Source of the DNA: a bacterium | GTDB lineage: Bacteria > JADJOY01 | Length of the DNA: 64,000 nt | NCBI GenBank assembly: GCA_046331705.1 | Contig: JAXLQJ010000019.1 | Coordinates: forward strand, 1-64,000 | Direction: 5' to 3' | In this document: one piece after another, positions 38,844 to 48,153 of the stretch | How the letters are laid out: every line of letters begins with the position of its first letter | Position numbering within the stretch: the stretch's first letter is position 1 | The notes under the pieces: generated by a model | The model's database searches: none | Told to the model about the DNA's origin: nothing | The model's input: the letters and a program-made list of their open reading frames with translations, nothing else | Position numbers and translations under genes: made by a program

Positions 38844-39693
38844 GCTCGAGGAGCGCCATCTCGGGCGGGCAATTGAAGCGCACCGGCAGCACGGTCCAGC
38901 CGAGGCCGCGCGAAACGAAGAGCTGGGTGCGCGCCGTGGCGACGAGACCGCTCGCGTAGCGCCAGTTGCGGATCGGCAGCGTCAGCGCGCCCGCGAATGG
39001 CAGGCGAACCTGGCCGCCGTGGGTGTGCCCGCTCAGCATGAGGTCGACGCGCGCGCCGAAGGGTGCGTCGGCGGTGTCGGGGTTGTGCGCCAGCACGATT
39101 CGCGGCTCGTTCGTGGGCACGCCGGCGAGCACGCGATCGATCGACACCTCGTCTTCCCAGAGGTCGCCCGTGCCGGCGAGCCACAGGCGCCCATCCTCAC
39201 GCTCGATGGCGACCCGCGAATGAACGCGTGAGATGCCGGCGTCGGCGAGGAGCTCCTTCGCGCGCGACCCGTCGGCGTAGTGGTCGTGATTTCCGAGCAC
39301 GGCGTGGACGCCGAGCGGCGCCCGCAGCCGAGACAGGGCGGCGATGACCCATTCGAGGGCGGCCCGGGCGTCGTCTCCGTGTACGTAATCACCCGTGAGC
39401 GCGATCAGATCACACGGGATCCCCGCGGCCCGCGAAACGATGCGCGACACCAGCTCGCGCCCCATCCAGGGCCCGTGGTGGATGTCGGAGAGCTGGAGGA
39501 TGCGCAGGCCGTCGAGCGAGGGCGGCAGATCGGCGATCGCGATGCGCTGGTGGCTGAGCCGCACGAGCAACCGCTCGACGAAGAGCGCGTAGCTGGCGAG
39601 GCCACCCGTGGCGCCCAGCGCGAGGCCGCCCACGAAGCGCCGACGGGCGAGCAGCGGCGGCGAAGCGCTCGCGGGCGCACCGGTCTCGGTCAT
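38764..39693 (-). CDS. YkuE-like metallophosphoesterase with twin-arginine (Tat) signal
   Basis: RRRFVGGLA signal; LSDIH, LTGDY, LGNHD, LAHNPD, SGHTHGGQ, SRGLG, RFNCPPE. Confidence 0.92.
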   Translation of the reverse strand: MTETGAPASASPPLLARRRFVGGLALGATGGLASYALFVERLLVRLSHQRIAIADLPPSLDGLRILQLSDIHHGPWMGRELVSRIVSRAAGIPCDLIALTGDYVHGDDARAALEWVIAALSRLRAPLGVHAVLGNHDHYADGSRAKELLADAGISRVHSRVAIEREDGRLWLAGTGDLWEDEVSIDRVLAGVPTNEPRIVLAHNPDTADAPFGARVDLMLSGHTHGGQVRLPFAGALTLPIRNWRYASGLVATARTQLFVSRGLGWTVLPVRFNCPPEMALLELTRAPAPSTVPSASRRSEPRAHRSAA

Positions 39694-40340
39694 TCGAGCA
39701 GCGCTCGGAGGACGTCCTGGCCGGACGGCACCAGATCGGCGGCGCGCTTCGCCTCGTCGTTGGTTTGTCCCGGGTCCGCTCCCGCGGCCAGCAAGAGCTC
39801 GACCATGTCGCGGTTGGCGTGCTGCGCGGCCTGGTGCAGCAGCGTCCAACCGCCGTGCTGTGGCTCGTTGGGCGGAGTGCCCGCGGCGAGCAGCAAGCCG
39901 ACCACGGCGGTGTGGTTGCCAGCCGCGGCCGCATGGCATGGCAGGTTGGCGAGCCCGTTGCGCGAGCGCACCCTCACGTCCGCACCGTGGCGCAGCAGCC
40001 AGAGGCATGCGGGCGCATGCCCGAAATGGGCGGCGAGATGGAGGGGCGACCAGCCGTCGGCGCTCCACTCGGCGAGGGAGCGGGGATCGGCGCCGGCCAG
40101 GGCGGCCAGTCGCGCCGCGTCGCCGCGTGCGGCAGCGAGCGGGGCAGGGTAGGGCGCGCCTGCGGCGAGCAGCGCTTCCTGGGCGGCGGGGTTTCGCCAG
40201 TAGATCGCGATCACCAGCGGGCTCATGCCCTCCGCCGTGACGGCCTCGACCAGGCCGGGATCCTCGCCGAGCAGAGCCGCAAGGCGCGCTGCATCGCGGT
40301 TCTTGATGGCATCGACGAGCGCATCGAGCGTCGCGGTCAT
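39690..40340 (-). CDS. Ankyrin repeat protein
   Basis: GWSPLHLAAHFGH, LLRHGADV, GWTLLHQAAQH, LLLAAGADP. Confidence 0.92.
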   Translation of the reverse strand: MTATLDALVDAIKNRDAARLAALLGEDPGLVEAVTAEGMSPLVIAIYWRNPAAQEALLAAGAPYPAPLAAARGDAARLAALAGADPRSLAEWSADGWSPLHLAAHFGHAPACLWLLRHGADVRVRSRNGLANLPCHAAAAGNHTAVVGLLLAAGTPPNEPQHGGWTLLHQAAQHANRDMVELLLAAGADPGQTNDEAKRAADLVPSGQDVLRALLE

Positions 40341-40359
40341 CGCGGATCTCCTCGCCTCG

Positions 40360-41700
40360 TCATCGTTCGATCGAGACGCCGCGTGTTTCGAGCTTGTAGC
40401 CGGCTTGGCTGGAGTTGGCGGAGAGGTCGCGCGTCAGGTTCGAGACCACGGCGACCAGGTCGGTGCGCTGGTTCCAGCTCGGGATCCGGATCGCGGCGTC
40501 GGTGTGGACCGGCCCCACGAGCGCACGCTCGATCTGGTAGCGGCCGAGCTCGGGGTCGAAGGCCATGACGCTCACCGCCCAGCGTACGCCGAATTGCCCG
40601 GTGAATCGCAGCTCGCCGTCGGTGGTGGCCGGGTCGGGCGCGAAACGCACGTAGTTCGTGCCGAGGTTGCGCGGTGCGTCGCCCCCGGACTTGCGCTGTG
40701 CTGGCGCCGGCCCGAGCGCGCCCGATACGCGAACGCTGCCGAAGAGCGTCGCGAAGCGTGCCGCTTCCGCGTAGCCCGTGCCATCGGCGTGCTCCCCGAT
40801 CCGATAGTTCCACTCCGCGTAGGTCTGGAAGTCGCTCTCGAGATCTCCGCCGGTCTGCTGCAGCACGGCGTCGGTGGCCGTGAGGGCGTCCGCGCCGGTT
40901 GCCATCGTCTCGAAGATGCGGCGGAGCAGCCGGGGGTCGCCCCCGCGGCTCTCGGCGATGTACTTGGACCACAGCGGAACGTAATCGCGGCGTGCATCGC
41001 GATCGTGCAGGCTGAGCTCCGGCTTCCCCATGCGCTGACTCAGCAGCGTCTGGATCACCAGGACGTCCTTGGGCAGCGTGCTCGAGAGCAGCTCGAGCGC
41101 CTCCACGGCGTGGTATTGGGCGACGTTCTCCTCCAGGAACCGTTCCATGTCGGATCCCTGGTACGGGTTGGTGGCGAGCTGCACCGCGTGACCGAGCTCG
41201 TGGACGAAGACGCTGCGCACGTAGTTCTCGGTGAAGAAGATCACCTCGGGGTGCTTGCTCGGATCGCTGCCGGGGGTGATGTCGGTGTTGACGTAGATGT
41301 AGCTCGAGGCCGGGGTGGCGCCGGGGAAGGTGAGGCCATTGGCGGATTGCTCGCCGCCGCGGGCGAAGAAGCTCATGAGATAGACGTCGTAGCGATCATC
41401 GCCGCCTGCGCCGTCATCGGCGGGAGGAGCCGTCCAGCCGCCGCGATCGACCAGCTCGCTCCAGCCGAGCGCGAGCGCTTCGCGCGCCCACTCGACCAGC
41501 TGCTCCGGCGCTGCATCGGCACCCGAGCGCGTGAAGTGGACGACGAGATGCCCATCGTCGGTCACGACCCGCTCCTCGGGACCGCTCAGGATCGTGGGGT
41601 TGGCGGGCGAGCCGCCCGGCGCGCCGCCCGACCCGCCGCACCCGAGCGCGAGCGCCGCCGCCAACGGCGCCATCCGCGCCAGACGAAGAGTGGATCGCAT
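40360..41700 (-). CDS. HExxH metallopeptidase lipoprotein (MXAN_6640-like)
   Basis: ALGC lipobox; HFTRSGADA, GWTAPPADDGAGGDDRYDVY, VHELGHAVQ, downstream EE. Confidence 0.78.
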   Translation of the reverse strand: MRSTLRLARMAPLAAALALGCGGSGGAPGGSPANPTILSGPEERVVTDDGHLVVHFTRSGADAAPEQLVEWAREALALGWSELVDRGGWTAPPADDGAGGDDRYDVYLMSFFARGGEQSANGLTFPGATPASSYIYVNTDITPGSDPSKHPEVIFFTENYVRSVFVHELGHAVQLATNPYQGSDMERFLEENVAQYHAVEALELLSSTLPKDVLVIQTLLSQRMGKPELSLHDRDARRDYVPLWSKYIAESRGGDPRLLRRIFETMATGADALTATDAVLQQTGGDLESDFQTYAEWNYRIGEHADGTGYAEAARFATLFGSVRVSGALGPAPAQRKSGGDAPRNLGTNYVRFAPDPATTDGELRFTGQFGVRWAVSVMAFDPELGRYQIERALVGPVHTDAAIRIPSWNQRTDLVAVVSNLTRDLSANSSQAGYKLETRGVSIER

Positions 41701-41842
41701 CGCAACCTCCGACTCGGACCGTGTCCCGGAGGATCCACTTAGCACAGCGGCCTTTACTTTTCGCGCGACGCGGCCCGACGATCCCGGCGCGTCGCGCGAT
41801 CAGAGGACATGCTGGTGCGGCGCTGCTAACCTCGCGCGACTC

Positions 41843-42334
41843 ATGAAGAGCTCATCCGAACCCAAGCGACCGCGTGTGCTGCTCGTCGACGACGAGCCCG
41901 AGGCGCTCACGACGCTCGCGGCCATCCTGACGCGCGACTACGACGTCGTGAGCACCCCGAATGCCCTCGCGGCGATGCAGGAGCTGAGCCGACACACGTG
42001 CGACGCGGTCATCACCGACGAGCGCATGCCCGGGATGGCGGGCACCCGCTTCCTCGGCTTCGTGTTCCGGACGTACCCAGACACGGCACGACTGATTCTC
42101 ACCGCCTACAGTGATTCGGAAGCGATGCTTCGCGCCATCAACGAAGGCGAGGTCGAGCGCTTTCTGCTCAAGCCCGTGCAGCCCACGCTGCTGCGCGAAT
42201 CACTCGCCGAGCTCATCGAGCGTCATCGCCGCGAGGTCGCGGATCGCACGCGAACGGACGAGCTCGTCCGGCGCAACGCCGAGCTCGAGGCGTGGGTCCG
42301 CGAGCTCAGCGAGTCGCGCCGCAAGCGCGGCTGA
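41843..42334 (+). CDS. Response regulator (receiver domain plus short coiled coil)
   Basis: VLLVDDE, ITDERMPGMAG, ILTAYSD, AINEGEV, LKP. Confidence 0.9.
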   Translation: MKSSSEPKRPRVLLVDDEPEALTTLAAILTRDYDVVSTPNALAAMQELSRHTCDAVITDERMPGMAGTRFLGFVFRTYPDTARLILTAYSDSEAMLRAINEGEVERFLLKPVQPTLLRESLAELIERHRREVADRTRTDELVRRNAELEAWVRELSESRRKRG

Positions 42335-42381
42335 CCGACGACGCGGCGCCGAGGCTTCGGTCGACGGAGCCCGGGTGATCT

Positions 42382-44352
42382 TCAGGCCGCTTGCTGCGCG
42401 CTCTTCGCCACGACCTCGACCAGATCCGCCAGGATCGCGCGCATGTCGTAGTCCTTCGGCGTGTAGACGCGCGCGACGCCGAGATCCGTGAGCTCGCGCT
42501 GGTCGGCCTCGGGGATGATCCCTCCCACCACGACCGGTGCGTCGACGCCGTTTTCCTTGAGTCGCCGCATCACCTCCGCCACCAACGTGCGGTGCGAGCC
42601 GGAGAGAATCGAGAGCCCGATCAGGTTCACGTCTTCCTGCAGCGCCGCGTTGACGATCTGCTGGGGCGTGAGCCGGATGCCCTCGTAGATCACCTCGAAA
42701 CCCGCGTCCCGGGCGCGCACGGCGATCTGCTCGGCGCCGTTCGAGTGTCCGTCGAGGCCGGGCTTTCCGACCAGCAGCCGCAGCGGTCGTCCCAGGGCCG
42801 TCGATAGCTCCTTCACCCGCGCGCGCACCGTCTCGATTCCGGTGTCCGCGCCACTGCGCGCGTCCGCCGTCACCCCCGTGGGAGCGCGGTACTCGCCGTA
42901 GAGCTCGCGAACCACGCTGCCCCACTCGCCCACCGTGACGCCGGCGTGCGCGGCGCGGATCGATGCGGGCATCACGTTCTCGCGTGATTCCAGCGCGCGC
43001 TTGAGGTCGTCGAGGGCCTTGCGCACCGCGCCCGCGTCGCGCTTGGCGCGAAACTCCGCGAGCGCCTCGATCTGATGGCGCTCGGCGTCGGGATCGACGG
43101 TTAGGATGCCAGAATCGCTACCGGTCGTGAGCGGGCTGGAGCTCGTCTCCATGAACTTGTTGACGCCCACCACCGTGAGCGCGCCCGACTCGACGGCGCG
43201 CACGCGCGCCGCCTGGCTCTGCACGAGCCGTTGCTTCATGTATCCGGTCTCGACGGCGCGCACCGCGCCGCCGAGCGCCAGGATGTGGTCGAGCTCCGAC
43301 CACGCGGCGTCCGCGATCTCGCGGGTCTTCTCGGCCACCACCTTGGAGCCCTCGAAGAGGTCCTCGTATTCGAGGATGTCGCTCTCGAACGCGAGGATCT
43401 GCTGGAGTCGCAGGCTCCACTGCTGGTCCCAGGGCCGCGGCAATCCGAGGGCTTCGTTCCACGCCGGCAGCTGCACGGCGCGGGCGCGGGCGTCCTTCGA
43501 GAGCGTGACCCCCACCATCTCGAGCAGGATGCGCGCGATGTTGTTCTCGGGCTGGCGCTCGGTCAGGCCGAGCGAGTTCACCTGCACGCCGTAGCGGAAG
43601 CGGCGCAACTTGGCGTCGTCGACGCCGTAGCGCTCGAGCGCCACGCGGTCCCAGAGCGCGGTGAACGCGCGCATCTTGCACATTTCCTCGACGAAGCGGA
43701 TGCCCGCGTTGCAGAAGAACGAGATCCGCCCCACCACCTTGGGCAGCTCCTCGTCGGACACCTGTCCCGAGGCCTTCACCGCGTCCAGCACGGCCACGGC
43801 GTTGGCGAGCGTGTACGCGACCTCCTGGACGGGCGTGGCCCCCGCCTCTTGCAGGTGGTACGAGCACACGTTGATCGGGTTCCACTTGGGGACGTTGCGC
43901 ACCGTGTAGGTGATGACGTCGGTGGTGAGGCGCAGCGAGGGCGCCGGCGGGAAGGCGTACGTCCCGCGCGCGAGGAACTCCTTCAGGATGTCGTTCTGCG
44001 TCGTGCCCTCGAACTGACGGGTGTCGATCCGGCGGCGCTCGCCGACCGCCAGATAGAGCGACAGCAACCACGCCGCCGTGGCGTTGATGGTCATCGAGGT
44101 GTTCATGCGCTCGAGCGGGATCTCCGCGAAGAGCTGTTCCATGTCCTCGATGTGACGGATGGGCACGCCCACCTTGCCCACCTCGCCGGCGGCGAGCGGA
44201 TGATCCGAGTCGTAGCCCGTTTGGGTCGGCAGATCGAACGCCACCGAGAGCCCCGTCTGCCCCTTGGTCAGATTGGTGCGATAGAGCTCGTTCGAGGCGC
44301 GGGCCGAGGTGTGTCCCGAGTACGTGCGCATCAACCACGGTTTCTCAGCCAT
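42382..44352 (-). CDS. ecm: Ethylmalonyl-CoA mutase (B12-dependent; MeaA/Ecm)
   Basis: PWLMRTYSGH, GQTGLSVAFDLPTQTGYD, Ecm-type RYGVQVNS and QLPAWNEALGLP, B12-binding GKPGLDGHSNG and SILSGSH. Confidence 0.94.
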   Translation of the reverse strand: MAEKPWLMRTYSGHTSARASNELYRTNLTKGQTGLSVAFDLPTQTGYDSDHPLAAGEVGKVGVPIRHIEDMEQLFAEIPLERMNTSMTINATAAWLLSLYLAVGERRRIDTRQFEGTTQNDILKEFLARGTYAFPPAPSLRLTTDVITYTVRNVPKWNPINVCSYHLQEAGATPVQEVAYTLANAVAVLDAVKASGQVSDEELPKVVGRISFFCNAGIRFVEEMCKMRAFTALWDRVALERYGVDDAKLRRFRYGVQVNSLGLTERQPENNIARILLEMVGVTLSKDARARAVQLPAWNEALGLPRPWDQQWSLRLQQILAFESDILEYEDLFEGSKVVAEKTREIADAAWSELDHILALGGAVRAVETGYMKQRLVQSQAARVRAVESGALTVVGVNKFMETSSSPLTTGSDSGILTVDPDAERHQIEALAEFRAKRDAGAVRKALDDLKRALESRENVMPASIRAAHAGVTVGEWGSVVRELYGEYRAPTGVTADARSGADTGIETVRARVKELSTALGRPLRLLVGKPGLDGHSNGAEQIAVRARDAGFEVIYEGIRLTPQQIVNAALQEDVNLIGLSILSGSHRTLVAEVMRRLKENGVDAPVVVGGIIPEADQRELTDLGVARVYTPKDYDMRAILADLVEVVAKSAQQAA

Positions 44353-44449
44353 CGGAGTCTCCTGTCGGATGATCGCCTGTGGTGTCGGCGTCGCTCAGCG
44401 TGTGCGCCCGAGATGACGGCGACGCAGCGTGGATGGTGGAACGGAGGAC

Positions 44450-44537
44450 GTGACGGTTCTCGGGGGGCTGTTCCAGCCCCCCGCCCGCCCGAAGTGAATT
44501 CGGGCGGGACCCACCCCCGAGTCACTCGCTTCGCTCG
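44450..44537. repeat. Tandem double-hairpin palindromic (REP-like) element between mch and ecm
   Basis: Perfect 10-bp stems CGGGGGGCTG/CAGCCCCCCG (44461-44483) and CCCGCCCGAA/TTCGGGCGGG (44484-44508); CTCGCTTCGCTCG at 44525-44537. Confidence 0.65.
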
Positions 44538-44582
44538 TGCGGTCGCGCCGCGACCGGCGGGGTGTGAGCACCGCGTCGCCCT

Positions 44583-45749
44583 TCACGGGTGCTTCCGAAT
44601 CAGCACGCGGCGCTCGATCTCGAAGATCTTGTTGTCGATCTTCTCTTTGCCCGCGTCCTTCTTGTCGTTCTCCTTCAGGAAGAGGTCGGCGCCGTGCTTG
44701 TCGATCGCGTCGCCGGGGAGCACGTTCTTGACGCCGATCAGCTGGAACGTGACGACGCCCGTGCCCTCGAACTGGGCGACCTCGTCTTTGTGGAGCACGC
44801 GGCTGATCGCGTAGATGGTGTCGCCCGCGAACGACGGTTGCGTGTGGTAGCCCTCGGTGAAGCCGAGCTCCCACAGCGCATTCTCGGTGGTGTCGCGGCT
44901 CGCGAGGCCGTTCAACCACGCGAACACCAGCCCGCCGTAGACGATCGGCTCGCCGCTCATCGGCCCCTTGCGGCTGGTGGAGTAGAGACGATCGAAGTGG
45001 AGTGGGTGGGTGTTGCCCACCCGATACGTCCACGCGAAATGCTCGTCGGTGATGGTGCGGCCGTTGAAGTGGACGATCACGTCGCCCACCGCGAAGTCCT
45101 CGAAGTAGGTGTGGCGGCCGGTGAGATCGAGCGGCAGCTTGCCCCGGACCCGGGGGATGTGAGTGACGGGTTCGTGGACCTCGGGGAACTCGCCACCTTC
45201 GGGGTCGGGAGTCTCGGTGGGCGGCCGGCCGCTCGGGCCCACGAGGATCTTGCGGTCGTACTGGAGCACGACCTCCTCGTGCTGGTTGATGCCGAGGGTG
45301 CGCACGTGGGCGATGCCCGGTTTGCCGGCGCCGCGCTCGCGCCGATCCAGCACGCGGGTCGCCGAGCGGATCGTGTCGCCCGCCATCACCGGCCGCAGGA
45401 ACTGGACGTCGTAGTAGCCGAGGTTGGCGATCGCCTGCTCGGAGTCGTTCTGGACGCCCAGGCTCAGCACCACGTTGAACACGAGCTGGGGGCTCGCCGG
45501 CAGCCGATCGTAGCCGGCGGCGCGCGCGAACTCGCGGTTGCGGTAGAGCGGGTTGGTCTCGAAGAAGTCGCTCGAGAAGAGCAGGATCAGGTCCTCGGTG
45601 ATGGTGAGCCCGCGCGGGTGATGGAAGACCTGCCCCGGGACGAGATCCTCGAGCGCCCGGCCGTAGCGCGGCTTCTTGATCTGCGTGAGCTTGACCGGCG
45701 AGCTGGGGGCGCGCTCCGCCTGCGGGGCGAGCTTCAGGTTGATCGTCAT
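44583..45749 (-). CDS. mch: Mesaconyl-CoA hydratase-like double MaoC dehydratase
   Basis: Two hotdog domains (GRALEDLVPGQVFHH; YFEDFAVGDVIVH), SEQAIANLGY, NTHPLHFD, VYGG; located between mcd and ecm. Confidence 0.82.
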   Translation of the reverse strand: MTINLKLAPQAERAPSSPVKLTQIKKPRYGRALEDLVPGQVFHHPRGLTITEDLILLFSSDFFETNPLYRNREFARAAGYDRLPASPQLVFNVVLSLGVQNDSEQAIANLGYYDVQFLRPVMAGDTIRSATRVLDRRERGAGKPGIAHVRTLGINQHEEVVLQYDRKILVGPSGRPPTETPDPEGGEFPEVHEPVTHIPRVRGKLPLDLTGRHTYFEDFAVGDVIVHFNGRTITDEHFAWTYRVGNTHPLHFDRLYSTSRKGPMSGEPIVYGGLVFAWLNGLASRDTTENALWELGFTEGYHTQPSFAGDTIYAISRVLHKDEVAQFEGTGVVTFQLIGVKNVLPGDAIDKHGADLFLKENDKKDAGKEKIDNKIFEIERRVLIRKHP

Positions 45750-45832
45750 GATCTAGGCTCCTTCGGCAACCGGCGGGGATGTCGCGGGTCCCGGGCTTGT
45801 CTCGTGGAAACGCTCGCGCGCGAATCGGCGCA

Positions 45833-47482
45833 TCAGGCGGCGGCGGCCTCCTCCACCACGCTGCGCGCGACCACGCGCAACGCCAGCACCTCTTCCGCGC
45901 CCTCGAAGATCGAGAGCACGCGCGCGTCCAGGAAATAACGCGAGACCGCGAATTCCTCGGCGTAGCCCATGCCGCCGTGGATCTGCATCGCCTCGCGGGT
46001 CACCCACTCGGCGGTGCGGCACGCGTAGAGCTTGACGAGCGCGCAATCCACCGCGCCCTTGCCCTCCTCGACCAGCTTCGCGGAACGATAGGTGGCGCGG
46101 CGCACCGCGTGGAGCGCCGCGGCCATGCGCGCGAGCTTCCACTGGGTGAGCGGGTAATCGAAGATCGGCTTGCCGAACACCTTGCGATCCTTGGCGTAGC
46201 GCAAGCCCTCTTCGAGAGCCGCCTGCATGACTCCGAGCGCACGCGCCGCGGTCTGGAGCCTGCCGCCGGCGAATCCCTCCATCTGGAGGTAGAAGCCCTT
46301 GCCCAGACCGGCCGGGCCGCCCACCAGGTTCGCGTCGGGCACGAAGTAGTTCTCGAACACCACCTCGTACGAGTGCATGCCGCGGTATCCCACGGTCGGG
46401 ATGGCGCGGCCCTCGACCTTGCCGCCGCCCTCCTGGGTGTGCGCGAACGAATGACCCTCGAAGCGCGGCTTCTCGGCGACGAAGAGCGAGAGCCCGCGGT
46501 GCTTCTGCTTGGGGTCGGGATCGGTACGGGCGAGCACCATGAGCGTGTCGGCGTAGCCGGCGAACGTGCACCAGGTCTTGACGCCGTTGAGCAGCCAGCC
46601 GCCGTCGGTCTTGGTGGCGGTGACCACGATGCCGGCGACGTCGGAGCCGAAATCGGGCTCGGTCACGGCGACGGCGGCCATCGCCTCAGCGGTGGCGAGC
46701 TTGGGCAGCCAGGTCTGCTTTTGCTCCTCGGTGCCGCCCTTGAGGACAGCCTTGGCCAGGATCTCGGGGCGGGTGATGAGGCTGCCCGCGGCCGCGAGGC
46801 TGCCGCGCGAGAGCTCCTCGGTCACGATCACCATGCCCATGTTGTCGGGATGGGTGTCGCTCTGGAAGCCGCCGTAGGTCTCGGGGATCGAGAGGCCGAA
46901 GCAGCCCAGCTCGGCCAATCCGTCGATGATGCTCTGGGGAACGAGGAGATCCTGGCGGTGGATCTTCTCCGCGAGCGGCGCGACCTGCTCGCGGGCGAAT
47001 TTGCGGAAGGTGTCGGCGATCGCCTGGTGGTCGCTGTCGTGACCGGGGTCCGCGCCGCCGGGCAGGTCGCGCAGCAGCTTGCCGATCTCCTGGTAGCGCT
47101 CGGGCGCCAGGTTCGTCGCGAGGAACGCCTGGACCTCCGCGCTCGCGAGCGGGTCGCCGGCGACGCCGAACTCGGCGGGCCGCGCCTGCACGCGCGAGCG
47201 GATCGAATGCAGCGCCTCGGCCAGGAAGAGCGCCGCGAGCCTGAGCTCGAGCTCGCCGCCTCGCTCGCGCGCGTCGCGCACCGTCTCTTCGGCGGCGCCG
47301 AGCTCGGCGAAGATGTAGGCGAGGTCGTACGCGGCCACCTGGTGGACGTCGAGGGCGTCGTTCGAGAGCTTGCCGCCGGGGCTCGAGATCTGCGCCAGGT
47401 GACGGGCGGCGCCTCGGGCGAGCTCTCGCGCAGCGGCGATCGCGCGGTCGGCCTGTTCGAGTAGGGCGCTGGGCTGGGTCAC
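45833..47482 (-). CDS. mcd: (2S)-methylsuccinyl-CoA dehydrogenase-like acyl-CoA dehydrogenase
   Basis: 549 aa with N-terminal extension; TEELSRG, SLITRPEI, TEPDFGSD, GYRGM, RLQTAARA, QIHGGMGYAEE, IFEGAEE; ecm context. Confidence 0.85.
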   Translation of the reverse strand: MTQPSALLEQADRAIAAARELARGAARHLAQISSPGGKLSNDALDVHQVAAYDLAYIFAELGAAEETVRDARERGGELELRLAALFLAEALHSIRSRVQARPAEFGVAGDPLASAEVQAFLATNLAPERYQEIGKLLRDLPGGADPGHDSDHQAIADTFRKFAREQVAPLAEKIHRQDLLVPQSIIDGLAELGCFGLSIPETYGGFQSDTHPDNMGMVIVTEELSRGSLAAAGSLITRPEILAKAVLKGGTEEQKQTWLPKLATAEAMAAVAVTEPDFGSDVAGIVVTATKTDGGWLLNGVKTWCTFAGYADTLMVLARTDPDPKQKHRGLSLFVAEKPRFEGHSFAHTQEGGGKVEGRAIPTVGYRGMHSYEVVFENYFVPDANLVGGPAGLGKGFYLQMEGFAGGRLQTAARALGVMQAALEEGLRYAKDRKVFGKPIFDYPLTQWKLARMAAALHAVRRATYRSAKLVEEGKGAVDCALVKLYACRTAEWVTREAMQIHGGMGYAEEFAVSRYFLDARVLSIFEGAEEVLALRVVARSVVEEAAAA

Positions 47483-47625
47483 GGGTCCTCCCGGTTGGAC
47501 GTGCGGGGTTCGATCGACGGATTCGTTCGTTTCAGGCCCGAGTCGTGGGGCCGGCGAGCCGGGCGCACCGACCTCGTGCCGCAGTGCGCCGCCCCAACCG
47601 AGGGGGAGGCGCGGTCACGCCAGCG

Positions 47626-48045
47626 TCAGGAATGGTGCGCGTCGCCGACCGGCTCGGAGAGCTCGACGAGCACGCCGCCCGTCGACTTGGGATGCACAAA
47701 CGCAATCCGCTTGCCATGTGCGCCCATGCGCGGCACCTCGTCGACGAGCTTCACGCCCTTGGCCTTGAGCTCGGCGAGGCGGGCATCGATGTCGTGCACT
47801 TCCAGACAGATGTGGTGGATGCCGGCGCCGCGCTTCTCGAGATGCTTGGCGACCGGGCTCTCCGGCGAGGTGGGGAAGAGCAGCTCGAGATTGGTCTCGC
47901 CGACGGCGAAAAACGCGGTACGGACCTTCTGATCGGCGACTTCCTCGAGGTGGTCCGGACCCTTGCCGAGCATCTTGGTGTAGAAGTCGATCGCCTCCTC
48001 GAGACCGGAGACGGCGATGCCGATGTGGTCGACTTTCTTGAACAT
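47626..48045 (-). CDS. mce: Methylmalonyl-CoA/ethylmalonyl-CoA epimerase
   Basis: DHIGIAV, LELLFP, GIHHICLEV, GAHGKRIAFVHPKSTGGVLVEL; GGAGG RBS. Confidence 0.94.
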   Translation of the reverse strand: MFKKVDHIGIAVSGLEEAIDFYTKMLGKGPDHLEEVADQKVRTAFFAVGETNLELLFPTSPESPVAKHLEKRGAGIHHICLEVHDIDARLAELKAKGVKLVDEVPRMGAHGKRIAFVHPKSTGGVLVELSEPVGDAHHS

Positions 48046-48153
48046 CCGACCTCCGCTGGGCCGCGCGCGACTCGCGAAGCGAGGTCGCCGCGTGCTCGAA
48101 ATGGCGCAATGCGTTACGCGAACGGCCAAGATACCGCTCGCTCGTTTGCGCCT

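Noticed and set aside
44353..44582. Cobalamin riboswitch upstream of ecm
   Set aside because: Conserved GGGAA...CCCGC.ACTGT and B12-box elements were not found by eye; an Rfam scan is needed to exclude it fully.
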